A stretch of 64,000 nt of DNA from Ascidiella aspersa (Eukaryota). The translations under genes and the position numbers were made by a program. Below are positions 38,311 to 49,801 of this stretch, in pieces. Under the pieces are notes generated by a model. That model was not told the DNA's origin and did no database searches. It saw only the letters and a program-made list of their open reading frames with translations. Location: the NCBI GenBank assembly GCA_963924565.1, contig OZ004609.1, positions 32,922,001-32,986,000 of the forward strand, in the 5' to 3' direction. Within the stretch, counting starts at the first letter, position 1. Every line of letters begins with the position of its first letter.

Positions 38311-39171
38311 TGTGAAGTGTATTGTGAACCTTAAGTGTTATTGCCAAAAGCTGTGTTAGTTTAAAAAAACAACGTTGACGGCCTATAATACGTACAGCCG
38401 ACAGTTGCTGCTTTTTAACCAAAGCTATATTTTTAGACTTTCGTATATCGAACGTTTTATCTTCGTCCGGATCACTAGAATGCAGCTTTTTCGCTTGGTT
38501 GGTTGGTGATATTATCAAACAAGAACAATATAAAAAGCTAAGATTGATTAGATGAAAAATCATCAATATTGCAGTCAAATGTGTAATTATCCAAATGTTA
38601 CAATAATGATTTTGGGATATCTGCTTTAATGAGGAAACTTTATAATTACCGGCTTTGAAGTTATAATCTTTTTGATGCGCATGAACGAATACACACCAAG
38701 AGAACTATCGGTCCGTAGTTAATGCCATTTAGTTTTAGCAGGGTCAGTCATCGTTCATATTTCTACTATCTACTTAGTGTTTGTTCATAGTAAGAGTACA
38801 CCGCGAGAAGCTGGCAGACAGACAGAGCTGTTCGAAACAAGACGAATAACTAAAGTAAGCAAATCATTACAGGGTTTAGCAGTGTGTGTTTATAGTTTTC
38901 GAATTCCTGATCTGGCAAAATATCGTGGTAATATTTAATAACTTGCATAAGTAGGTTTAACATCGTATTGCAGTGGCTTTAGTTTTATTAATTTTTTATA
39001 CGCTTAAATAGTGATGTTTCACGTGATGTAAACCTTATCCTAAAACTTTATTATTTGAAGTTCCTTTATCTTTTACCATCCATATTTTAAAATTTGTACG
39101 AATACTATATTCTGAAAAAGGAGATATTTTTGTACACTTAACTGCTAACCAACATCTAAAATAGCCTTGCA

Positions 39172-42100
39172 ATGAATAAAATATTGTCCCTGCTTCTAAT
39201 TTGCTTGGTCGAACGTACTTTGGGCAATGGACCAGCACCTTCGCAACAGACTGCATTTCGACAGGCCCAGCTGACCTGTATGGTACCAGTTGATTCCTCC
39301 TCTAAAGAGTGCACAGGTCGGTGTCGTCCGGGAAAACGGGGTCCAGTTGGCCCAGTCGGCCCAGTCGGCCCTAAAGGAGACGCAGCCCCTGTCAATGATC
39401 AACTGGAAGAGAAAGTCAGACTTCTAGAGCGACAGATTTCTGTATTGGAAGGTAAAAAATTGTGTGCATTTAATAAATTAAAAACTTTCTCCGCGCGATG
39501 AACGGTCCTATAAAAATCAAAAACAAATTCTTTAAAACATCATGTCAATTTTAACTCACGATTTTTTATCGACTGGATGCTTATGTCCGATGATTCATTT
39601 GCCAAGTTTGTATTCGTTTTCTTTCCTCGTTTCCCTCTAACGAACGGTTGGACATTCAAAACTTATATAAAACAAATTAGGCTACTTATTTATACACAGC
39701 TAATCGGCTGCCTAGGAATTGCCAAGACGTCCAACGAACTACAAACATGAGTGGAGTTTTTACAGTTTACCCGTTTAACCCAAACTTCGGCAAAGGCCTC
39801 GAGGTCTTTTGCGACATGGATCACGGCCAGGGCGGATGGATGGTAGGTTGGAAGTGTTTTTAACACATTGAAAAACGGCTGTTCTTCCACTGTTTTGCTT
39901 AAATACATTTAAACTAATTTGTCTTCTAAACATAAACAGTTAGGTGTTTTGTTATCGAAGCGTTTTGGCCTTGAAACACCTCATTGAGATAACAATCCTA
40001 CGGTTGTTGAAATAAAAGCCAACAGATAAATATTTTAGCCCCAAATTCTGTTTATCAAAAATACGTTTTCGGTAGCCAAAATCCCGCCAATGCGATAGCA
40101 AGACACAAACACTTGTTGTTCATCTGTATTTTTGAAATGTGTTGACTTTTTACAGGTAATACAGCGCAGAATCGACGCCACAGTAAATTTCACCCGCGGT
40201 TGGGAGGATTACAAAAACGGCTTCGGTGACAAAAGTGGAAACTTTTGGATGGGTATAACAGAAGTTTGCGTTACAGCGTTGTACCGTAGGTAGTCTAATG
40301 CTTCGTTGGTCGTGGTACTCTTATAAATGCCTTATAATAGTAAACCCAGTGGTGAAAGTAAGGGCGAACGGTCAGGAACGGCAATCCGTTAAAAAAATTT
40401 TTTTCAAGATTTCACTTGTATATTGGTACACGACATCGAACCATAAGCTCAGGTTATCAAAAGTTTTGATTTTATACGTCCCGCTATGACGTAAATTTCT
40501 GACGTCATGTATGGAAATATTTGTGCGTATCAGTTATAAAATTATTCCACTTTCACCCCTTAAATGAGGAATAGTTGTTGTTTGAGACTTCATGTGTCGG
40601 GTGGTAAACACAATTGCTTCATTTGCAGTGCAGTAAAATTTAAAAAAAAATCGAGATGTTTTCTATAAATTGTCATATGAGTCATGTAAGCTGTCACGAT
40701 CAACGGGTGAAAACAGCAGTCCAAAATAGCGGAAGTCACGCCGCAATGACGTAATAGAGGATGCTTTGTCGGCAATGACAAGTTGTTTTCGTTCAAAGAT
40801 CTGTGGGTCGCTCGCTAAAACGACGCTGATATTTATTTACATAAAAGTTATTACAATACGCCAAAACAAGTTTGACAATGCATTCACCTGGGTTAATTAC
40901 ACATCATAAAATAGGCAAAATGTAGGTGGAATAGGCAAATGTGGTTAAACTGAATATAGTGTATGTATTATATTTCTACACGCTCGTTCCATCTCGACGT
41001 ATAGGTACCTGATCTATCTAGTAGCTTTTTTTAAGAGGTGTTAAAAATGATATGCCAAAGTTTACGTTACTTCAAAGGTTTAGAAAATCTTCGCGAGATC
41101 ATAACAGATCGATTTGAACTCCGAGTGGATTTGACCTCATTTGAAGACGTCAATAGATACGCCATTTACAGGTGTTCAATTTTACCTAAACACATCGATA
41201 GTTAAATGCTTCTACTTGGTGAAAATGTTCCTAAATACAAGTAACTTTTACAGAACATTTGAAATTGGACCGGAATCTAGAGGGTTTGTTTTGACTGTTG
41301 GTCAGTACAGCGGAAATGCAGGTAAGATGAAAGAAATATACAAACAACGATGTTAAATGAAAAACGATATATTGCTTTCACAACATTAAATATTATGCGA
41401 CCGACAGGAGTAGGGCTTGAGCTACGGGAAAATGCAAAAAAATTCGTAAAATGACATGGTTGACATTTGTTGAAACATTTTTGGAACCATTTTAAGCCAA
41501 TCTAGAGGGCGTGGCCGCAAAAATTTTCCGGGGGAGTTCCCCCGGACCCCCCAATATTTCGGCTCGCTACGCTTACCTGCGGTCTATGTTGCCCTTACCA
41601 AAAAAGTCGCCCCCCCTTGCCCTGAAATCGCTCCGGCGTCCCTGAATAACAATCAAGAAGGTAGGGCTGCGATAGGGTAAATTGTTTAAAATGCTTTTTG
41701 AAACCACCAATCTAGGTTTCATGGCTATAGTATTTTTTTGGAAATAAATAGCCTACGTCTCGCCTAAAAGCCTTGTTAAAAGTACAACCGAATAACTCGA
41801 AATGCGAAAAAGAGGACATTTGGGCATTTTTGAGCGTCCTCGGAGGCTCGGAGGACCATTCACTTTTTACGAAAAAAGAGGACAAATCCTCCTAAAATAG
41901 GACATATGATAGGCCTAAATTATATAAATAATTTGACTTCAACTTACGAATAAGACTTGACTCACAATAAATTCAAATGCTTTGTATGAACACATTTCAG
42001 TGAGATTGGTTTGTTTTTGTCAAATAAGTGTAAAAATCTTAACTTAAACGTTTGCTTCGTTTTTGATTGTTGCTATGCGAAATGTTGCTTGGAATGAAAC

Positions 42101-42923
42101 GCGGTTATCGGTTTTGATAGGATTGATGCTGTAAGTTACTTCGATTTGACTTGTTATAACAATAACTTGGACTGGGACTTCACTTGGTATTTGTAAAAAT
42201 ACCTTGACTTGAACTTAAGTCACTTAACACTGACAAACCCTGTTAAGTAACAAGGACATGACACTCGAACTGTATATCCGATGTTCGACTCAAGTCCAAG
42301 TCTTAAATCAAAAGTCATTTTGGTCAAAGACTTAAGTCAAGTCTAATTATTGAAAACAGTTACTTGAGTGCACTCTAGTCAATGCATAACTGGGGAAAGC
42401 CTTCTGTCTTCCCTTGCGTGTATTTATCAATTGATTTCGACTTCAAGAATACGTTTAAATTAATAAAAACCTTTGACATCACTTAAAAGTTTTCTACTTC
42501 ATCTATGGAATTAACCATACTGGGATGTAGCCTATACCGCATTTACCATCTTGATTTTTCTTTCAAACTTTAGTATATCAAATACCAACATTATATATCT
42601 AAAAATATCTGTCGAATTAAAGCGATGCATGTCTGATGTCCGTAGTCTTATTTCACGAACATCGTTTTACAGGCAACGCTTTAATTCACCACAACGGTTC
42701 GATGTTTACCACCTTCGACCGCGATAATGACGGTTCGTCACTTCGCAACTGCGGTGAAAATCACAAGGGTGGATGGTGGTTCGGCAGCTCATATTGTTTT
42801 TCGGGCTTTCTCAACGGCTTGTATCGAACTACGCAGATCGACGATTGGCGTGGAATCATCTGGAACGGTTTTTTGCACGGCAAATCTCTCAAAAAAGTCC
42901 AAATGGCAATCAGAAAATTATAG
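39172..42923 (+). CDS. Ficolin-like protein: signal peptide, short collagen, coiled coil, fibrinogen C-terminal domain (about 310 aa)
   Basis: Exons 39172-39451, 39700-39842, 40156-40252, 41078-41171, 41254-41321, 42673-42923. GKRGPVGPVGPVGPKGDA (6 Gly-X-Y); [64 protein letters not shown], LNGLY. Confidence 0.92.
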
Positions 42924-44196
42924 AGTGGCCATACGGTTTGTACTTTTAAGTAATAGCACTAGCAGTTGTGCGTTTTCAATTAAATTTTGTTTTATGACAC
43001 AGTAGGTCCGGCATGAAATATTGCAGTTGCATAAAAAGCTGTAGAAAATGTAAATATTTTGTTGAACGTATTGGTTTTAATAGTGTCCTAATTGCGGATT
43101 TTGTAAAAAGTTACGCTTTGCAAAGTTTTTACCCTATGTTTTACGTGAGTATCAATTCAGCGTAAAAATAAGAACTTATACAGAAAAGTTTTCACGTTTA
43201 GCACTAAAATTTAGATTGCTTTCTACAATGTTAATAAACTTGATAATAGGGAGTATTTTTTAAATTACATTGGTCAGACGTGACGTAAGTGCAGTTTTCT
43301 GCTTGCGATAAGCATAAGAATGTTTAATTTGTTTTTCATAGATCGTTAAAACAATGAATTCCGTGTTTAAAAGGGAATCAAGACAAATTAATTTTAAAAT
43401 TCTGTATTTTTTTTACTCAATTCAAATTTAACTGTTCCATACACAGAGCGTTTTGGTAAAAAATGTTACATGGTAACTTTAACTCGGGATTAAGTTTCAG
43501 ATTACCACATTTAGGCAAAACAGGGTATTTTTTATTTATCAAAGTAAAATTGACGCAGCAAAACGTTTGAGCTCAAAGTTTTCTAGCAAATATTTTTAAA
43601 CATTGGAATATTAAACGCAGACATCTCGATTATGAAAAGTGTGTGGCGCGCAGCAACAAAGTTTATTGAACTTCTTCTGCTAAAAGTTAGTTGCTTCATT
43701 TTGGATCGCTGCTTCCTGAAAAGAAAGAAAATTATTTCATATTATGAAATCTAGAACATTTTCTTTAATTTTTTTTAGATTTGTAGTTTAACAACAAAAA
43801 GACGAGCCAATGAACTGTTGTATCAAGCATCTTACAAAGAAATTGCTACCAACATTATAAAAAAGATGTGTCATGGAAACTTATATATATATTTTTGGCA
43901 AATGTAAATATTTAAACAATTTAAAACTTTTGGTCGAGGAATAACCGTCAAACAACCTAGTTTAAAATTCAGAGTGATGAGCTGTATGTTTTAAACCAAC
44001 ATAGCCAACAAGCTTTTTGTTTATTTCCTGACCTTGTTTAAACTAGCTTTTTTTTGATTTGTTTTTAATTTAGCAATAAAATTCAGAGCAATGTGTGTTC
44101 CATCGAAATTTACACACCATGTAAAATGTTATATATGATTGGTTTGACATTGAAACATACAGCTTATAATTTATTTAATCGAGTAGACTTACATTC

Positions 44197-44786
44197 TTAA
44201 CCCATGAAGTTTATGACAACCAAGTGCAGAATAACGTGGGCAAAAAGAAAATCGGCAAATGCTCTTTCAGGGGCAATGGAACGGAAGTCAGTAGAGTTTT
44301 CTGGGTTTACTTGCAATCGAAGATTCACTGAACAGTAAAACATTTTTTAAATTAAATTCTAATATAATATAATAAAATCAACCAATCAACCACTATAGCA
44401 ATTGAACATTAACAAAACAAAGCTAATAAAAAATTATAATTTATTCTTTTTAACTGGTCAGTAAGTGAACCAACAAAATACTAACCGGCAAGTACAAATG
44501 ATGCAACACAGGAAATAAATCCAGCCAGAAAGGAATTAAACGGGAAGGTTCCTACCAAGGCACAGTAAACAAATTGCAATATGCCAGTAATGAGAATATA
44601 CGTCAGGTATGAGTCTATGACCTGAAAACATTTTTTTTCATGCAAAATTATTCATGGAGATTTGTAAAATATTCAAAATGATATAAGAGTATTCAGTTGA
44701 AAACTAACCTTCAACTTTGCCGGTGTTCTGTGAGTGTAGTCTTTGAAAAAGTTGGAAATTACTGAAACAATATTTTCTGATGACAT
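44197..44786 (-). CDS. DAD1: Defender against cell death 1 (oligosaccharyltransferase subunit), 114 aa
   Basis: Exons 44786-44709, 44621-44486, 44327-44197: TPAKLKVIDSYL...[35 protein letters not shown]...[24 protein letters not shown]. Confidence 0.97.
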
Positions 44787-46779
44787 GCTGGTGTTTTTAT
44801 TTATAACTAAATAAATTGAAAATTTAATATCACTGGAATAAAATACATGGTTAAAAAAACATTTCACTTTGACGAGATTTACATTGTGCAGCGCCAAATT
44901 TTCAGGTGTGCAATTAAAGTTTCATGCACACTTAAGAACCCTAAGAAACCTTAGATTTTTCGGAAGCATTTGTGTGCAATTTACCAATTTAGAGTCAAAC
45001 AGAAATTTCGTTAAAAAAATGTCTGGTGTGCATCTGCCACAGGATGCAGACTGGGCTAAAACAACCACACATTGCAAGACATTAAGGATTTTAAGTTTTT
45101 AATTACTATCTAAGGGGCCAAAAGCAGATGAGTTTTACTTTTAGCTGAGCTGTACATTTCATGTAAAATCAAAGCGAAATGCTGCATTCAGGCATGCAAA
45201 AACTCTTTAAATTTTAGAAGTTTGGTTATGCAGGTGTGCACTTAACGTTTAAAAAACACCCAAGGATTCAGGTCACAACCCAATTTTTGTTATATAGGTG
45301 TGCAATTCAATTTTTAAACAAATTGAAAAACTAATCCAGAAGGTGGTAACATGGCTCAGAATGTTCATTGTTTACAACATATACCAGTGTAATTCTACTT
45401 GTCCCAAATAATTCCAGAATAGACACAAGTCACAGAATCCACATGCAGTACTCTAAGGATTCTGTAAGGTGGCAAACTAAAATTATTGTACACAGAAATT
45501 GATTGGAAATAATATTAGGTTGTACACACCACACAACGCGACTGTTCAACGGTTCGTGCAGTTTACAATGTAAAAACTTTTATAATTCCGTCTGCTGCCC
45601 ATAGCATCTTTAGCAATTTTATAAATATTCATATACAAGTTTTTATTCTCTGCATACTAGACGACCTGTTTTAAATTGTAAATTAAGTTTGTTTTGTTCT
45701 GTAAAATAAATTACTTTCAATGTACTTTGTTAAAATCATAAGGATTGATCTGAAATTCTGAAGCTTTTAATGGTTTGCGTATGTGGCTCACGTTAACTCG
45801 CTGTAGCGAAATTTCGGCATAACGTCACTGAATATAATATGGGAAATACCCAAAATAAATAAGATTTTTAAATACTGACAAGATTTCGAATGAAATAAAG
45901 TTGTGGATGTCAGGTCAATATTAAACATTTTCGATTAGACATCAGTTGCAGAACTGTAATTGATAATAAATCTTTTTTATAACTATACGGGTTTCCTAAT
46001 TTTAACAAAACGTTTGGATACTGGAACTGGATACCTCCAGGGCTCGGGCAAGTGCTTCTTACAAACCATTTTAAATGTATTTTATCAAAGTCCTTTGTTT
46101 TTTGAAAAGTCTAACACAAGTCAAGTTAAAAACTGAACAAGAAATACCCAAGTCCTACTGAAACAAGTCAAGCCTAATTTATAGCCATTTCGATGACCAA
46201 TCAAAACATGCCATTAGCATAAACTAATGTTAAACTGAAGCTAAAGAATGAGAAGCACATTGTACACTTGGTATGTTTTGGGAAATAAGCCAATTTTATA
46301 AAAATGGAGTTGTATGCCAATCTCAAGAATTAAGTTAAAAAGTAATATAACTATAAAAACTTACTGCCAGCCCTATAGGCTTTCAAACTACACCACATAT
46401 GGAAGTGGTATAGTTATAAAAAAAATATTTTGGTATTAGTTTGCCGAGTTCGATATATAAAGATCTGTGCTTGCTAAATAAAATAAATAATACTTCGGAA
46501 AATTTATGATATCTTCAAAGGCTTGAGCCATTTTTTTCTATATTAACTGACTCGTCGATCACATAACCAGGCGTACGTGATTAGAAAGGTTTCAATTGAA
46601 CTAAAACTGTTAAAAACACAAGCATTGCTTTCTATATCAGTTTCCAAAACACAATTTTTTAACAGCTTTAACCTCGTCTATTTTAAAGCAAAACGTATAA
46701 AACGCACTGCCGCGATATTGCTTTTATGACAAAACATGTTTCTAAAAGGCGGTAAAGAAGTGAAAACACTCGTAAACCA

Positions 46780-47877
46780 TCATCTGTACTCCGAGGCGAA
46801 AAGCGGCAAACCCTTAGTGTTGTAGAGTGGGTGGTGACAGCTCGAACCCAGCACTCTGGGCAAGTGCTTGCCGCCGCTTCGAGTCGGAACTCGATTCAAG
46901 CGACTGATAGAGGACTGCTTGACGCCCAACCTGTAGTTTCCATGCGTTATAGCGGTCACCATCGCCTGGGGCTTGCGCTTGACTTTGACTTCGAGGTTTC
47001 TTCTGTACAGGGGCGAGTCAGCGGCCCGGGTTCGCAGTATGGGAAGAATCGGACTCCAGCGCCAGTTGTGGCCTAAGTCGTTGGCTGATTTCTCGTCACC
47101 GTAACGTACCAAGTCCACCTCCTTGCTGCGCAGCGTTTTTAGGCGGTGAGGAACGCGCGGCTCGGTCTCGGGCGCGTTTTTTTGCACCAGGGAGGCCCAT
47201 TGCACCTGTAACGTGGCCTGCTTGGGCTTGATGGGCGGCAGCTTGACCACTTTGGCCGGTTTGTAGGCCAGTTTCGGGGTGGAGTTGCGGCGTCCGATAC
47301 GCAAGGACTTGGCGCTGGCGTCGACGCGAGTGGGATCTAGCTCATCGCACGATCTCCCAAGGCGAATGCGCTTCGGTTCCACAATGTTGGCAAGCTTGCG
47401 ACGAAAGAGCTTATTGTTCGCCTTTTCCTGCTCGCATTCCGACCAGAAGTTGATCGTGGACTTGGCCAGAAGTCGCTTCGAGCCGTCGTCGGGCGCTAAT
47501 TTGCGCGCGCGGCATTCCGGCTTCACCACCTCCGAAGTGCACACTGAAGAGTTTTCGATGGGCTTAATCGATACGAAGGTGACGGGCTTGACGTTTGTAA
47601 TTGCCGGGGACGAGTAGACGGTCGATATTTCCGATTTTTTTATTCGTTTCTTTTTCTGCTTTTGCGTTCCTTTGTCGCCGTCTTCGCAGTGCCGCGATTT
47701 GACGGTGCTCAAGGCACATGTGCTTGGTTTTAACTCGACTGGGGAGAACTGCGACCAGCCGGACAAATCTTCGTTTTTTCGGTCTTCGATGCTCTGCTCT
47801 GAGGCGTCGCTGAGACTACATAGAGTTGAGATAAGACCGATCTGGCGGTCAGAATTGTGGGGGGAAAGTATATCCAT
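46780..47877 (-). CDS. Intronless basic (K/R/S/P-rich) protein of unknown function, 365 aa
   Basis: Longest uninterrupted ORF in the window; markedly more GC-rich than its flanks, with the composition change at ATG and stop; no recognisable domain. Confidence 0.7.
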   Translation of the reverse strand: MDILSPHNSDRQIGLISTLCSLSDASEQSIEDRKNEDLSGWSQFSPVELKPSTCALSTVKSRHCEDGDKGTQKQKKKRIKKSEISTVYSSPAITNVKPVTFVSIKPIENSSVCTSEVVKPECRARKLAPDDGSKRLLAKSTINFWSECEQEKANNKLFRRKLANIVEPKRIRLGRSCDELDPTRVDASAKSLRIGRRNSTPKLAYKPAKVVKLPPIKPKQATLQVQWASLVQKNAPETEPRVPHRLKTLRSKEVDLVRYGDEKSANDLGHNWRWSPILPILRTRAADSPLYRRNLEVKVKRKPQAMVTAITHGNYRLGVKQSSISRLNRVPTRSGGKHLPRVLGSSCHHPLYNTKGLPLFASEYR

Positions 47878-49525
47878 TAAAAGAACAACCAGGAAAAAGT
47901 AAAACCTATTTTTTTGCGGCGTAATGCCATGTGTTTTATGCTACAAGGGACTTACATTTTAGTGTAAAGTTCTCTGTTAGCAAACATAAATATACCCTTT
48001 ATACATGCAGTGCCACCTGATTCCTCTATTTAGACTTGGACAAATACGGCCATATACAAAGATAAATATACGCGTTATTTACGCAACATTTTCTCAAAAA
48101 GGCTCAAAATTTTTTTTTAAGATGTTTTCATTCACAAAGTTTAAAAAATAAAACTCATTATTCTGTTTATTAAGCACACAAAAATATTATAAATATACCT
48201 TTTAACATAAATGCAAATTCAATATGAAGGTTTACCAATTGACAAATTTTTGAAACTTTAAAAAATAATCAACAAGGAATTTCTCTGGTTTAGAACTAAA
48301 CTAGCTTTGTTTAACATATTTATAAATATTGTATCTCGAACTACCAAACGGCTAATCAAAGGCATAATTTGTGTTTCGACCAAACGTAAATTGCACACGT
48401 CCATTTCAAACCTTTAACTATAAACACCTAATCTAACTGAGAGAAGCTGAAAAAACGAACCTAAAGTCCTAATCCAACAACTAGCATGTGTTGACAAAAG
48501 CAGTCTAGATTTTACACATTGGAATACACAGATAATAGCATTGTGACTTCAAAACGCGTTCATTGTTCTGCATCCACCCATAACTCTTTTGAAAAGGCGG
48601 GGTGCGCGCGTGTTTCTTTTAGAAACCAGCAGCAACAAAATTAACGACATAAAACTTTACAGTACATTACAGCAGTATACCATTGTTATGTTTCAATTTT
48701 TGAAACTCGTAATACCTTTCTTGGGTGATTGGTAAACAAGCGGGCGCACTTTTATGTTGAAGTTCTGACTACCTCGTGCCATTTAATAGCTATAAAACTA
48801 CGACTGCCTGGCTGTTGGACGGTTTTAACCAGTTGTCATTATTACTGGATACTAGTTACTAAAGAATAATAAAACATATTTCGCAAAACACTATAGCCTG
48901 GCTTGAATTTACCTTTTACCTTCTTACATTTTTGTTTCGCGCAGGCTGGTGTAATACTCGATTAGCATTTTTTAATATACCGGTAGTAACTTTCTTAACG
49001 ACTGACTAAATATTTTGTAAACTAAATCACCACCTAAAATATTATAAGAACAACAGGCAAAAACAAAAAACATAATAAATCCCCTTTGTCATAAGCTTTT
49101 CAAACAACAAATTGACTCTGCGGCACAGGATAAAAGTTTTAATTAAAGTACAATTTTGTCGCTTGTCAATTGACCTTTCAAAGGTCGCTTTACAGTTATA
49201 ATTTTAGCAAAAAATGTTATATTAAATAAATAAAAATAACATTTTTTATATCCGTTTTTTTTTTAAATTGTAATATTTACTTAAATCCCTAATCTATCAT
49301 TGTTTTTATGTATATTATATTTAGTAAAAGCTGGTCTTTCGATTTTTTTGTTTCGGTTGTTACAAATGTCGGTGAATTCATAAACACTATTATACTCTTT
49401 TAAGCAATTAAGTTCACAAGGATATTTTTACTTTATTTATTGGGTGAGATGTAAACTTGCAAAGATCACTGATAGGTTTGCAAAATTGTTCAGCGTCCTA
49501 TCTTTTCGATTGGCGGTCGTGGGAT

Positions 49526-49764
49526 ATGGCCGGTTTATGGAGTTACTTAATGGCTGTTGGTAAGCAAAGCTTTTAAAAGACAACTTTAGTTTTTTAACCA
49601 TAAACTTATATTTATTTGTTTTCTTAGGGCTTTTACTTGGCTTGGTGGCAGTACCTTCAAAAGGTTTGTATGACTAGTTTTTTAATATGATGATTTGTCT
49701 GAATATTATGTAAATTGTGTAGAACCTTTTACCATAAATTCGATTAACCCCAAAAGACTAGATG

Positions 49765-49801
<37 letters not shown>

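Noticed and set aside
46831-47902. Plus-strand ORFs of 76-112 aa
   Set aside because: Antisense shadows of the 365-aa minus-strand ORF, with non-ATG starts.
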